DNA of 64,000 nucleotides from Vitrella brassicaformis CCMP3155 (lineage: Eukaryota > Protista > Chromerida). Below the pieces are notes generated by a model that was not told where the DNA came from, did not search any database, and saw nothing but the letters and a program-made list of their open reading frames with translations. Numbering within the stretch: position 1 is the first letter of the stretch; each line of letters starts with the position of its first letter. Below are positions 24,779 to 39,993 of this stretch, one piece after another. Made by a program: the position numbers and the translations under genes. Location: NCBI GenBank assembly GCA_001179505.1, contig CDMY01000385.1:388856-452855 (forward strand), written 5' to 3'.

Positions 24779-25731
24779 CCACTTCGCACCAACGACACCA
24801 ACCAAGAGAGATAGCTGCAACGGTCCGCCCATCGTGGCCAGCTAGAGACAAGGTCGCTTGCTGCTGCTGAGTGACAAGGAGGGTGTGTGCAGGGGAAGGG
24901 TCGCTTTCCATTTGTGCAGAGGAAGGAATTAAGGGGAGGAGGGGGGCGAGGAGAGGGCCATGTACGTACATGTATATTTGCTTCCATCGATCACCAGTTC
25001 GCTCATTTGAGATGTCTATAGGGGGGGAGGGAGGGAGGGAGGGAGGGAGGAGGGAGGGAGGGGGGAAAGCCAGCCAGCTAGCACCTCGCTCTCAGAAGAT
25101 AGTTCTGAGGCCACCGACCGAGACACACGACACGTGTATGTGAGCGCATGTGTGTGTACATGTATGCCGACCTCACCGCAATGTGTATGTCGACACCTAC
25201 ATGTCTGTCGGCTCATGAATTTGACTCATGTGAGTGGATGGATGGATGGATGGACCTGTCTATCTTATCGCTCACGTGTCCGGCCGGCTGCTGCGGCAGT
25301 CTGTTCATTGAAGAAATAGTGAAGAGGGTGCCTGACGTCGAACCGGTGGGTGGAATGAAGCGCTTCTCGGTGACGAGTTGTGTTCGTGTATAGCTATGTA
25401 GGATACAGATCCAATCAATGAGAGTCTGCCAGCCATGGAGACGAATGTCCAGTGCACAATCGCTCGTGCGCACTCATGTCAAGGCAATCTACTCACAAGC
25501 GAGAGAGGTCCGGTGCATGTCCAGATCTCTCTTGCTGTGGCCAAACGACGATGACGGAGAGAGCACACGCCTGCCTGAGGTGCCTGAGTCCCTTGGAACA
25601 CATCTACTACCGGTATACGTACAGATGCTACACAGCTCAGCTCACTCACCCATCCACCGGCTGTACACACCCCACCCCTCACATACGCAGGCAGCTACAT
25701 ACCTACCGATCCCCCTTCCTGACCGCCTCCC

Positions 25732-26229
25732 TCACTCGCCCTGCTGCTGTTGCTCTCTCTGCTGTGCCCGCCTCTGCTCGGTCTGCATCTGGATGTGCAG
25801 GTTAACCGCCTGCAGGAACCGCTTCTTCTCGGCCAGCGGCCCCGCCGTCTGCGCCATCATGTCCTTGAGCATGTCCACCTTCCGCTGGCAGTACTTGACC
25901 GCATCAGGCACCGACTTGCGCACGTGGTAGCCCGTGCCGACGTCCACCAGCACCGCCTCCGTGTTGGACAGCACCCCAGGCACATAGACCGACTGGGTGA
26001 GGGGGATGAGGGCCTGCGTGCCGCGGCTCTCGGGCGTGAGGGTGTCGAGTGCGGCCACCGACTCCTTGAAGCGGTTGGAGGCCAGCCTTGAACCATTGAC
26101 GCTGGTGGTGAGTTTGATGATCTCCTGCTCCACCTGCTCCTTGAGCTGCACGAGGTTCTCCAGCGGCAGGCTGGCGATGGGGATCACCTGAGGGGAGGCG
26201 CCGCCTTCGCCGCCGCCTTCTGTCGCCAT
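25732..26229 (-). CDS. PFDN5: Prefoldin subunit 5 (alpha type), intronless
   Basis: LPLENLVQLKEQVEQEI...ALIPLTQSVYVPGVLSNTEAVLVDVGTGYHVRKS...YCQRKVDML, characteristic of PFDN5. Confidence 0.95.
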   Translation of the reverse strand: MATEGGGEGGASPQVIPIASLPLENLVQLKEQVEQEIIKLTTSVNGSRLASNRFKESVAALDTLTPESRGTQALIPLTQSVYVPGVLSNTEAVLVDVGTGYHVRKSVPDAVKYCQRKVDMLKDMMAQTAGPLAEKKRFLQAVNLHIQMQTEQRRAQQREQQQQGE

Positions 26230-26552
26230 TTCCAGAGCGATCCATTTGCGAGCTTGAGATTTTGAGGGCAGGGGGAGATCTTGGCGGAAAAAGGTGCTGT
26301 GAGGCCATTTTATGGGCGGTGAGCCGATGAAGCTTGAAGATCTCTCCATTCTGCAAGTGTCTTTCCCGATTCTGTTCGTTGTAGGTGTGCTTTCTAACTG
26401 CTTCGACAGAGAAAGGGTATTGAGGACCGTTGAAGAGGCCAAGTCTGCTGCCCCTGCCGTTGGGTCAGATCGCAGTCAGAAGACAGCTCGAAAAATCGAA
26501 AGATGCTCGTCATTCTGTGTGCCTGTTTGCCTGCAGTGACCTGTCTACCGAG
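26230..26552. promoter_or_regulatory. Putative bidirectional promoter (PFDN5 / MDHAR)
   Basis: About 320 bp between divergent start codons; a possible 5'-UTR acceptor (ctgcag) lies just before the MDHAR ATG. Confidence 0.45.
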
Positions 26553-28796
<2,244 letters not shown>

Positions 28797-29389
28797 GTGT
28801 AGAACAAAAGAGGAGTCCCTGGGATCAATCCATATGTCCATGCCGCAGGCCTCACTGCTCGATGTGAGAGGCATGGGGTACACCTACATGTCCGTAATTC
28901 ATGAATTTGTTGGCTTTACATCGTCACGCAGTGACGAATACATTGCAATGCATACACGTGGGGATGAGGAAAGAGAGGAGCGAAAGGGAAAGAGAGACAT
29001 GACCTATCCCACATGCATTCATGGAACAGCCTGGTTACAGCCATTTCGTGTCGTTTCGTGAGCCAATTGGTCAAGAGACCATGTTGGTTTGTAGATTTCT
29101 TGTGTCGGTGGGTGTATGTACAAAGAAGGTGGACATTGTTCTCTGCTTTCTGGTGGTGTGAGTGTGTGTGAGTGCGAGTCTCGGATGCTGTGCTGGGAGC
29201 ATATTTCTGGTGGACACGGCGGGACTTTCTGTGGCCAGAAAGACACATAACACACACACTCACAGACAGAGACAGAGAGAAAACATAACGGACGAGAATC
29301 GGTCGAGCGGCCCCAAAGGTTTGTGTGCCCCCGCCTCCTCGTTCCCTCTTCCCTCCCCTCCCTCCCCCTCTCCTTCCGGAGCTCACGAG

Positions 29390-32300
29390 ATGTCCACTAG
29401 CAACGGTGGGGGGATGCCCTCCCCCTTGGACGCACCCCTCGACATCCCCAAACTCTTCGATGTATCGGGGCTGCAGCAAGCATTCACCTGGGTGGTCCAA
29501 AAGCTACAAGTAAGCTCCGCATCCACAAAAGCAAGGCATTCAGCCCATCACCACCGCTGAACACATGACCCCTCCGTGCCTTATTGCTTGCAGTCGCACG
29601 AACAGACGATAAGGGCACAACAGGAACGGATTGCTGCCCTCACGGATGCGTAAGGCGATGCACGACACTTGGACCATTGCTACGTTTCCTGGTCCCATCT
29701 CATCAGGAGGCCGGTTGCTCAGAATGGCGACCGGCAGTTCCAAAAACTCACCGAACAACTCAGCACGGAAGCAGACCAGGCTGCTCAGGTACGTGTGAGG
29801 TGCCTCATATTCTGCAGCGGGTATGCACAGCATCCCTCCCTGCTGCTGCTCAGGTGTTGGGCAGCATCGAGCGCAAGATGGCTTCCCCCGAAGGCCCTGA
29901 TGCAGCCTCGCCCGAACAGCCACCGTCGGTGCCCGAAGGAGAGTCACCGCCGCCTCACCTCATCTCACCTGAAAGGAAACTCAGGTGAGCGAATCTTGAG
30001 GGACCGGGAAGTGCCTGAGGCTGTGGTCTTCGTACCTGGCGCTTTTTCTTCATCAGGAGCGCCCACGGGAGGGAGGAGTCGCCGCCCCCGCAGCTCGCCC
30101 CCCGCTCCCAGGCAGGCAGATCCTACGTCCTTGTCCTTCTGGTCTGCTGCATCTGTCGGTTGTCATCCTCCAGACCTTTGTGGGCACTACTCCCGTCATC
30201 TCGTCTTTGTCGCCGGTCCTGCGCCCACCTGGGGACAGCGGAACCGTGGCTGAATTGCAGGAGCGTGTCTCATCGATGCAGCGTCAGCTCCATGGCCTGG
30301 TATCATGCTCCTGAATTCGATGAGGCATGATACCGCCTCCCCTGATCATCCCCTGAATTGCAGGTGGCTGTCCTGGCGCAGCAGGAGGGAGAAGCAGCGC
30401 CTGGCCAGCCAGGCACCAGGGCCTCGGCCCATGCAGTCAGCGTCCTCAAGTCAGACCTCCTGGGCAAGATAGAGAAGCTGGCCAAGGGGCTCGACAGCCT
30501 CAAGAACATACAGACAGAGACGGACAAACGCCCGGAGTCGGAGGGCAGCGCGAAGAGCCTGAAGGTCGTGGAGAGCGACAAAGGATCGCCAGCGGTAGAA
30601 AGAACCGAACATACTTCTTGATGATGGAAGCGGCCGGTTCTTGTTCTGTGCAGATCACAGGAGACATGCCTTTTGAGGCGGTGTGTCAGCGCGTGGCTAA
30701 GCTTGAAGAGAAGCTCGCCGATGCGGAGCGGCAGCTGCTGTCCGAGGGTACCAAGAGACGCCAGCTGACCGAAAAGAACCTACAGCACGAAAGAGAAAAG
30801 GACACGGGTGAGCGATGAGGGAGGAAATCTCCTCTGCCGTCATCAATGCAGTTCATCTGTATTCCTCTTCCCTGTTCAGAAGGCAGTGGCAGTGGCAGCA
30901 GCAAGGGATCCCGGCCAGGCACCAGAGGCACCCCTGACAAGCAGCCAGACATCCTCGTGGTCGGTGCCGAGAGCCGCCTCACTCCGGATCATGGGAGCCT
31001 GCAGGAGTTCAAGCAACGTCTGGAGCGCTTGGAGGTGATGGCCAGTGTTTTGGGCGGCGACGAGCACACGGAGGATCTGATCGACCGCCTGAGAGACGAG
31101 GTCATGTCGGGGCCAGAGATGGCATCGGTCAGACAGCTGCCTGCCAAAGTCGCACAGCTGCAGGTAAGGCACATACAAACGGACACGTGTTCATCGTCAC
31201 TGGATGACGAGGAGCATTCATATTGGTTTTCAGGAGCTGCTGAGGCAGAAAGGCATGTCTCCAGCGCCGAGCCCCCGCAACAGGCCCCGCAGTGATGCCA
31301 GCGGGTCAGATGAGAGCGCAGTGGCGTCCGATGCCGAGTTGACGCCCAGAGCGGCCCAGCAGCAAGCAGAGTTCGAGAAGCGCTTCCAAGCCGTTAAGAG
31401 GCATGCATGAGCGAATGCATACGCACCATGCCAACCTGCTGTGGACAACAAGTCTCTGCATACGTCAGGTTTGATGCGAGTCTCAAGTACTGGCTTCGTC
31501 AGGAGCGTGAGGTTGTTAAGGACATGATAGTGCAGGCCCTCACTAACGCCCGTGACCTGGAGGACAACTATGACCACTTCGACCTGGGCATCGCCGAGCC
31601 GCCGCCCCCGCCACCAGAGGCCGTGGAAGGAACCGGGCTGCCAGTGGTATGCATACACCTGCCAAACAACGCCCATTCTCAGTGAGTTTGGCTGCCATTG
31701 GTCAGGCTGCGACCAAGAAGGACGTAGATGCGCTAAAACGGATAATCGATGACAACGAGAAGGAGCTCAAGACGGTCAAACGCGATTGCCAGCGGCTGAG
31801 CGTAGCCTTCAGTTCATTCAGGCACAAGAAGCGCCGTTCCGAGTTCATGGAGGGCCAGGTGGTGCATGGACTGTCTGAGGGAGATGAGAGCGGTGAGGGC
31901 GATGCCGGCAGCGGGTTGCGTCCCAAGGGGAGAGCCAAGAGTGTGGCGATCGCCCAGCAGACGCGAATCGACGCCATCGTCACGACGAGCGAGAGCGCGC
32001 GCAAGAGTCGGATCGAGCTCGAAGAGGAGGAAGAAGACATGGTACAAGAGGAAGGGGATCACGCCGTACCTCGAATCGACGACGAGAGCATTGTGGAGCT
32101 GAACGAGAAAATCAAACGGTATGTGAATGCATACGGTGAGAGTGACAGGTGTCTCTCCTGAAAATGTGTCAGAACGGAGGCCCTCGGCATGGCACTCAAG
32201 ACGGACGTGGAGGCTCATAAGAAGAAGCACGAGGAGATACTCGCACACACACACCTCCTCGAAATCACCAAACACCTGTACAGAAGCACTAACAGAGATA

Positions 32301-34915
32301 ATCACGCAATCAATCACGTATATCTGTTTCTCAGTGACAGTTCTAGCGGATCTGAGGCTCCCTCTCGGCTCGCAGGGATCATGCAGGGCGTGCGCGAGTC
32401 GAGAGGCTCCTCGAACGGCAGAGGCCCACTCGTCGGGCCGCCGCCAGACGCCGCCGCCATTCGCAAGAAGCCGACGGGGGTCTTCGAGGGCTCCACAGGG
32501 ATGGGCGTGGAGGGACAGGAGCTGTCGCAGTCCCTTCAGCGGCAGATCAACATGGACCATCACAGAATATTCGACCTGGAAGAGAAAATGAAGAACCTCG
32601 AGGTGGCACACTGATGGAAAGAAGGGAAGCCTTCCAAATTTCTGTACTTGCTTTCAGGCTTTTGAGTTGGCGGAGCTGAGCTCGAGCATGAGCACACTGA
32701 ATGCCGAGTTCCAGGTCTTGTCGGGAGACGTGACGGACAAGGCCGGACAGATATACAAGTGAGCAAGCGAACAACGCGCACACACGCGCACACGGACTTG
32801 GTGGCCATTGTCTGCCCTGCGTGCCTGTCTGCCTGTCAGGATGAAGGAGGACTTTGGCAATCTGGGTCTGGAGTTCAAGACGGTAAGCGGCAATTTAAAG
32901 CAGATGGCGTGGGAGGCCAAGGAGGCCGTTAAGAGCCTACGCAACGAGGTGCTCTACAAGAAGGCAAACATGGAAGATCTCGAACGAATCGCCGAAAAGG
33001 TCACAGCTCGTTCGCGAAAGCGTGTCGCAAATCCGTGTCTCGGTCGTCCCTCGTCTATGCAGGTGAAGGTGATGGATCGGTCTTTGCACGACAACCGCAG
33101 CCTGCTTAGCGGCACTGTGAGCGAGGAGGCTGTCCGTCGTGCCCTTCTAAACTTCGAGGACCGACTCATCGGTCTGCAGAGACAGATGGAGGCCACACTG
33201 CAATTCGCCAAGAAAGGAGTGAGTCGGAAATGAGCGGAAGCGAGTGGCATGTGATTTGTTTGTTGCTACAGGGCCGTGGCATGACGCGTGAAGACGCTGA
33301 GCTGACGGGTGGCACTTTGAACAAGATAGATGAATTCAACCGCGAGATCGAGAGAAACGAAGAAGTCACGGCGCAACTCGCAAAGTGACTCAAACAGAGA
33401 AGACAGCCTGAGACATGCATGGCATGGACCAACACTCACTGTCTTTGTGTTTGCGATGCAGACTTCAGGCCCGTTTCCGCGCCATGACTGACGAGCGCGA
33501 GAAGGATGCAGCCGAGCTCAAGAAGGTGGTTGGCCTCACCCGCGCCATCCAAAAAGACGCAGACGCTTCTACCGACCACCTCCGCCGCATCGATGCGGTC
33601 CTGAAGCTACACGCAGAGAAGTTCGCCCGGCACGCCACCGTCCGTGAGGCCTTTGCCGAGTTCGCCCAGTCCCTCGACGCAGTGCAGCACCGACTGGACG
33701 AGAAGGACACCAAAGACCCGATGGCAGCCAGTGGCGGCAAGACTCGTCTCGCCAAGAAACGGGGCGGGCAGCCGGAGCTGGGAGAGGCGATCGAGAGTCT
33801 GAAGGCAGCCATGACAAGTGCCGCCAGCGGGGCAGACATCCAGGAGCAGCTCGACGATTTCAGGGTGGAGACACGGGAGGAGATGGCCCGCCAGCTGCGG
33901 CTGTTTGACCTGCGCCTGGCGCCGGCCTTTGACGAGGTGCGTGATCGCCTCAGCCGCAAGGCGGATGCGGCGGCGCTGAAGACCAAGGTGGACCTGACGG
34001 ACTGGCAGAAGCTGAAGGAGCGGCTCGAGGACTTTGAGAGGTACATCGGGGGAAAAGACGGCTTCAGGACTCTCCTCTCGCGGAAGCCCCTGCAGGGCAC
34101 TCTCTGCGCCTCGTGTGATAGGGAAATTGACCAACTAGCGAGTAACACGGATGGCCAATAAATGGCTTGCTCTTGTATGTGCATGTCTGGTGATGTCGCT
34201 GTGTCTGTATGCAGCCACAACAGGAGGCCCTAGCACATGGAAGAAGCTCCCGCCGCGCGAGCCGCCCCCCACACTCCCTCCCCCCGCCAGCAGCCTCCCT
34301 CCCGCCGGCACCACACTCCCGCTCATCCCAACAGCCAACGGATCGATGGCACAGCTGGACGCCTCACAGCAACACCACAATGTCGGGATGCCGGCTCTGC
34401 CGCCAAATACAGCTCGTGCCTCGCTGCCACCCGTGCTGAGCCCCGACACCAGCAACCCCCCACACACGTCGAGACAGGCAGGGGGTGTCGATCTGTCCAT
34501 TGGAGGCACGCCAATCAGGCGTGTCCAGCCTGGTGTTGCAGGCAATGAGGGCGAGGGCGGTGCTGAAGATGAAGGAGGGCAGCAGACCAGCGCCGGACCA
34601 CAAGCCGCAAATGGGAAACAGACGAATGGAGGTAGGTGCCAAGAGGTCCAAATATGGATGCTCCCATTTGCGTGTCTCTCTCTCTCTCTCCCTCTCTCTC
34701 TTTTGTCCGATAGCAGCTGGACGTCTTCCGTCTTTGAACAGCAGCAGCGAGAGGTGGATGCCTGGCTCGCGCCGGCCGAACTCGCCAAATCAGGAGGATG
34801 GAGGAGCGGGAGAAAGACAGGAGGGGACAGACAAGGTGGTTCTTGCCATCACCCCGACGCCAAGAGAGGAAAAGAAATAGGAGCCCACGGAACGATTGTT
34901 TTTGACTTGCATTGA
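29390..34915 (+). CDS. Large coiled-coil protein with C-terminal RKPL...CASCD motif (DUF4795 / QRICH2-C16orf96-like), multi-exon
   Basis: Many short heptad-rich exons (e.g. VAKLEEKLADAERQLLSE, IFDLEEKMKNLE); KADAAALKTKVD...LLSRKPLQGTLCASCDRE then STWKKLPPR. 3' end approximate. Confidence 0.7.
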
Positions 34916-35278
34916 CATCTGCTCACATTCTTCATGCATGCGACGTTCACGGTATCTCATGTTTGCGCGCATGCGCATACATGCATGAGGGATTAGGCGT
35001 TGACTCGACACACAATCATCTTACTGCACAAAACCATCTGCAACGCCAAATCGTCCGAACACCGAAGCAACACCCACCAAGCAACCAGAGCGAACCACTT
35101 TGTCTCAGTCCGCTCGAAAGACAAGCGGTCAGGCACATCCACTGAATCATGACACTTGTCATTTCTCTGGTATGCATCCACAGAGTGCGGAAAAGAAGCA
35201 GACGGAAGGAACGGCCAAGAGCCTTGCGAGCTAAGCTTGCCAAGCGGTGAGTGGAAACGATCGACGAGCAGTTGTGCA

Positions 35279-36145
35279 ATGATTGAAAGCGTAGCCTTTC
35301 CGCACTTCGATGGTGACAAGGAGAAGGAGGCGGCTGGAACGGCTGTATCTGTGCCCATCGGCGGCAGCCAGGAGGCAGCTATGACCTTTTGCGTTGTGCT
35401 GCCGCAACCTGACGCTAACGTAGAGGTGCGCATCGCGTCACACACGACATCCACAGGGACAGTGGCTGGCTGTGGTGGTGTTAATTGCAGGTTGAGAAGG
35501 GCGTGTATGAAGGAGGAGTGCAGATCTGGGAAGGGTCACGCGACTTGGTTGCCTTCATGGCCCGGCAGAGGCAGGAGGGCGTTGATTGGTGTGCTGACAA
35601 GGTCGTCATGGAGCTAGGTCAGCGGATGAATCAGTTGCAGACATGCACCTATCATTCTGTCATTCTGTCTGGCAGGTTGTGGCCATGGCCTGCCTGCCCT
35701 CTTTGCGCTGCAGCATGGGGCCAAGAGCTGCACCTTCCAAGACCTCAATCCGGCTGTCTTGCACAACATCACTGCCCCGAATGTGGCCCTCAACGTTCCC
35801 TCCGACGCTTCAAGATGCCGCTTCGTGAGTGGCGACTGGCCTTCCCTGCCCCGGCTGTTCGCCAGCGAGCAGCTCGATGCGTGTGACGTGATATTGAGTG
35901 CCGAGACGCTGTACAGAGAGGAGGGCTTTGGTGACATTGCTGCCGTGTTGAAGGCTGGTCTCAAGACAGGCGGTGTGGCGCTGTTCGCGTCCAAACGATA
36001 CTACTTTGGTGTGGGTGGTGGGAGTGTGCTGTTTAGTCAGTATATTGCGTCTACCTGTGGGAGCGACTTGCGTGTGGATAGTGAGAGTGTGATTGAGGAC
36101 CAGCGCAGCAACGTGAGAGAGATACTAAGAATTGTGAGGACCTGA
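35279..36145 (+). CDS. METTL18: Histidine protein methyltransferase 1 homolog (METTL18/Hpm1)
   Basis: GVYEGGVQIWEGSRDL; VMELG|CGHGLP (SAM motif I split by an intron); FQDLN; FVSGDW; DVILSAETLY; ASKRYYFGVGGG. Start codon uncertain. Confidence 0.92.
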
Positions 36146-36571
36146 AGTCAAGACTGCATTGCTGCATATATACATGTCCACGAGTCTTGCAGCGATGTTG
36201 ACTCCTATATTGACATCACAAGCACTTGAATGAATCCATCTGTATGGTGCCCTTGTCTTCTCTCCTGTTGTCAGTCTTCCTTGACTGCAGCAGTGATGTG
36301 AAACACCAGCGCAGCTGCATCAATGGATAATCGACAGCGGAAGGAGGCACGAGAAGACAAGGGGAGCCTGGCGCAGTGAGCAGCATGAATAAAGAGGGCG
36401 ACCTGGTCAGGAAAAAATGTCACACCAGCAGCAGATGTACCTGTCCGAGGGAAAAATGACGCACCCAACACCTGTACACCCATCTGTCACCCTCACCTTC
36501 CTTCATCACATAAAACCACTCGAGCACACCAACACAGCAGCAAACAGACCGACCGCACACACACACATTCT

Positions 36572-37159
36572 CTACGCTCTGAAGGTGCCTCCAAAGGTGC
36601 CTTCGAGAGTCGACACGGCAGACGCATCAGAGCGAGGGCCATCACCAGGGAGGGGCTTGCCGCCAGACAGGTGGCTCCAGATTGCCGACACACCGAGCTC
36701 CAACGCCGCCAGCCGCTCCACAACGGCACCCTGAGCCGCCTCGCCCTCGGGAGCAGTCTTGCCGCCGATCGCCCTCCTGAGCCTCGAATTTTCCGCTTCC
36801 AGCTCCCTGATGCGGGTCTCCTTCTTGGTGAGCAGCGCCATGAGGCTCCTCGTGGTCGGATCAGACGCCAGCGCGCGAAGAGCGCTTTCACCTTCCTCGC
36901 TGTGGGGCGGCAGTCCGTCGATGGGAGGGTCCTGACCAATGTGCAGCATTCCTCCGTGCGGCTCGTGCGGCACCTCGTGGCTCACGGGATCTGGGCGGGG
37001 GACGCTCGCGGATGGCGCTTGCTGCTCCGAGCCAGCCTTGACAGGGCCGTTGCGGGCGGCTGGTGCGTGGTGCTCGTTGCCGCCTGCGAGGATCTGCGCT
37101 GTGTGCGGATGGGACGGCGTCACGATGTGGTCAGACGCGCCAAACTGAGGAGAGCTCAT
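36572..37159 (-). CDS. Small hypothetical coiled-coil protein
   Basis: Open frame with LMALLTKKETRIRELEAENSRLRR and VVERLAALELGVSAIW; divergent from the next gene by 200 bp. May splice to further 3' exons. Confidence 0.55.
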   Translation of the reverse strand: MSSPQFGASDHIVTPSHPHTAQILAGGNEHHAPAARNGPVKAGSEQQAPSASVPRPDPVSHEVPHEPHGGMLHIGQDPPIDGLPPHSEEGESALRALASDPTTRSLMALLTKKETRIRELEAENSRLRRAIGGKTAPEGEAAQGAVVERLAALELGVSAIWSHLSGGKPLPGDGPRSDASAVSTLEGTFGGTFRA

Positions 37160-37359
37160 CGTTGACACGGCCGAATAAAGCAATAGAAACGAATGGCCAG
37201 GGCGGGGGAATGTGACAGTTCGGAAGAGAGCGGCCCTGTCTGCGAGCTTGCAACGGCGCGAGCTTTGCCGTTGAGATCCTCTCCACCTTTCTCCCCTCTG
37301 TTTTCAGTGAGGCCCACGAAGAAGAGAGCCTCAGCCGTGATCCCCACCAGCCTGTCGTC

Positions 37360-39827
37360 ATGGGGAAGAAGAAGAACAAGACCAAGGTGAGAAATGCACG
37401 GGATGATTCTCATGCTCTCACATTCTGACCATCCACACGCCTCTCTTACGTCCCTGTGGTCTCTGTGTGCCTACAGAACAAGTCACAGGCCGCTCCGGCC
37501 GCTTCGCCCGCCCAAGCCCCAACATCCCCCTCGCCATCCCCCGACGCATCGCCCACGACGAATGCCAACGCCCCCCAGCCGGCCGCACCTGATGCCCCCA
37601 ACCTCCCACCAGGAGACGACCAAGGCCCCGAGAACGAGCCGGGCATCGACCAAGAGCCGGCATCAGCGGACGACAGCAGCACCCCGGCCGAGGAGACGCC
37701 GCAGGACACCGACACGACGCCCAAGGAGGACGGAGAGGGGCAGTCAGCCGGGCAGGAGGACGACGAGCGGCTCATCAATTACCTGAAGGAGCACGAGCTC
37801 AGCTTCAGCATCGTCATCAAGGCGATCAAGAAGTGCCGGAAAAACCTCGACGCCATCGCTCGGCTGGAGGCACGGCAGCCCCACACGTTGTCGCGGGAGG
37901 AGGCCGAGAAGGTCAAGAGCAAGTTGCGGATGGAGCACGAGATGGCGATGCTGGTCAAGTTGAGAGACGAGTGCCTCAAGGCTGCGAGGGAGGGGGTGGG
38001 GAGTGAGGGGGCGAAGGGCAAGGGGCATGCTACGACCCAGACGGAGATTGTCGTTGTTGAGGTGAGCAGGGAGGGTAGGCAGGCCACGGGAGCACCTCTG
38101 TGCCTGTCACATTCCCTGGTTCCCCTGTGTGTCATTATTCCTCTCTGTGTGTCTGCAGAGTGTTGAGGCGCAGACAGAGGACGGGCCATCGCCTCCTGAT
38201 GCTGCTGCCGAGTTGTCTGGAGATGACGCTGCTGAGGAGCAACCTGACGAGCGGCCTGCTGACGAGCCGCCGGCACCTGATCCGGAGCAGCCTCCTGCTG
38301 ACCACCATCAGCAAAGCACAGACCAAGTAAGACAATCCACAATGCCACACCGGATTCTGACAGCACTCAAACCATCGCTCCCTCTCTCTGTATGCAGCCG
38401 CCGCCGTGCCAACAGGGTGAGACCGCCGAGGAGGCCGTCATGGTTGACACCATGCAGTGGTTGGGGCAGAATGTCGAGCTGCACGGCGGCCGCCAGCCTC
38501 CTGAGGCCTTCCAACCCCGTGCTTACTTCGGCATGCAGCCGGAGGGCGGGGACCGACCGGGCTACTACAGCCCTCCCCCCAACTACCGCCTGGAAGCGGA
38601 CGCCGGTAGTGAGCCGAACTTCCTCCCAAGTGGCTGAACAGCAGCAACAGCCAGTGGAGCCACAGCAACAGCCACAGCAGGGGGGCCAGGGAGTACAGCA
38701 GCAGCAGCAGCAGCAGCAAGAGGGTGATGTGATGGTCGGTCCCCCCTCTCACCCTGCAGCAGCACTCGGCCAGTTCAACAATGGTGAGGCGTCCCCCGCA
38801 GGTATTGTTGCTCAGCCTCAGCTGCAGCCAATGCCCGCGTTCGTGCCGCCGTCCATGCCCAACTCGGCCCACTCCCTCCCTCCCCCGCCACCCATTGCCG
38901 TGGCCATGGAGACGCCGCAGTTCCCCCCGGCTGGGGCGCAGCAGGGCGCTGCTACTGGTGCTGAGGGACGAGATGGGCAGGGGCAGGGGGAGGGGGAGGC
39001 GGTGTTGGCGCCTCCGGCTGTGGTGCAGCGCGTCGGTGGTGGTGAGGGAGGGGACCCGGTGATGGTGCAGCCATTTGTGCCCCCCCAGCAGATGATGCCA
39101 GCGGCGCCGCCTGCGCCCTCTTCCCGCATACCCCTCTCCCCATGATGGCCCTCCCGGCCATGGGCAACGGCATGCAGCCAGGCTCCATGATGCCCATGAT
39201 GCCCCAACTGTTCGGTCCGGCTGCTCCCCCGCCACCCCCGCCCATCCAGTTCGATCCGACGCCGTTGGTCCACGAGTCCGCCACGGCCATCGCCAACTTC
39301 CCCCCGCCACCCGCCCATGAGGTGAGGAAAGAATGCACACATACACTATGATTGTGTGTAAGCACCTGTGTGTATGTGCGTATGTGTGTGTGCAGCACCA
39401 GGGCGGCTATGGAGGCTGGGCAGGGGCCAACGCCAGTAGGGCCGCCAACATGTATGCCGCTCAGCAGCAACACCAGCACTATCAGCACCAGCACCAGCAC
39501 CATCCCCACCACCAACAGCCGGCGTATGGCGGCTATGGGCCGGGTTACAATGCCTACGGTGCCAACTACGGCCAGATGAACCAGTACGGCAATGCCCAGC
39601 CCCACGCCAACCAGCAGCAACAGCAGCAGCAGAGATTCCCCACCATCCTCCCCAGCCCAGGTGCCAATGGACAGCAGCACAGTTACCGCCGCAACGAAGA
39701 CAATCGGCAGAACGGGCGGGGCGGCGGATGGCGCGGCCCGAGGGGCGGGCCAGGAGGCAACGGGGGCCGGCTGAGAGGACGCAACGGGCGAGGAGGCGCA
39801 GCAGGTGAGAGCCGCGGTCGGCACTAG
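37360..39827 (+). CDS. Caprin-like RNA-granule protein candidate: helical/coiled-coil domain, Pro/Gln low-complexity region, prion-like YGQN tract, C-terminal RGG boxes
   Basis: MGKKKNKTK exon 1; VIKAIKKCRKNLDAIARLEARQPHTLSREEAEKVKSK; PAYGGYGPGYNAYGANYGQMNQYG; NGRGGGWRGPRGGPGGNGGRLRGRNGRGG. An alternative last exon after 39975 is possible. Confidence 0.6.
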
Positions 39828-39993
39828 GAGATGGCCCACGGGAGGGCGTCCTGGACGTCTGTTTTGTGTTTTGGGACGTTGGGAGGGATGGGAGGGGGGG
39901 AGAGGGTGGGTGAGTACATTTGTATGGATGAGCTGACTGACTGACCGTTTCCTCGACTGTTTGCATTTCGTCAGAGATGTCTCCACCTGGCTG

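Noticed and set aside
26312-26552. Upstream ORFs that might add a targeting peptide to MDHAR
   Set aside because: The in-frame extension has no ATG and crosses a probable 5'-UTR acceptor; no signal-peptide character.
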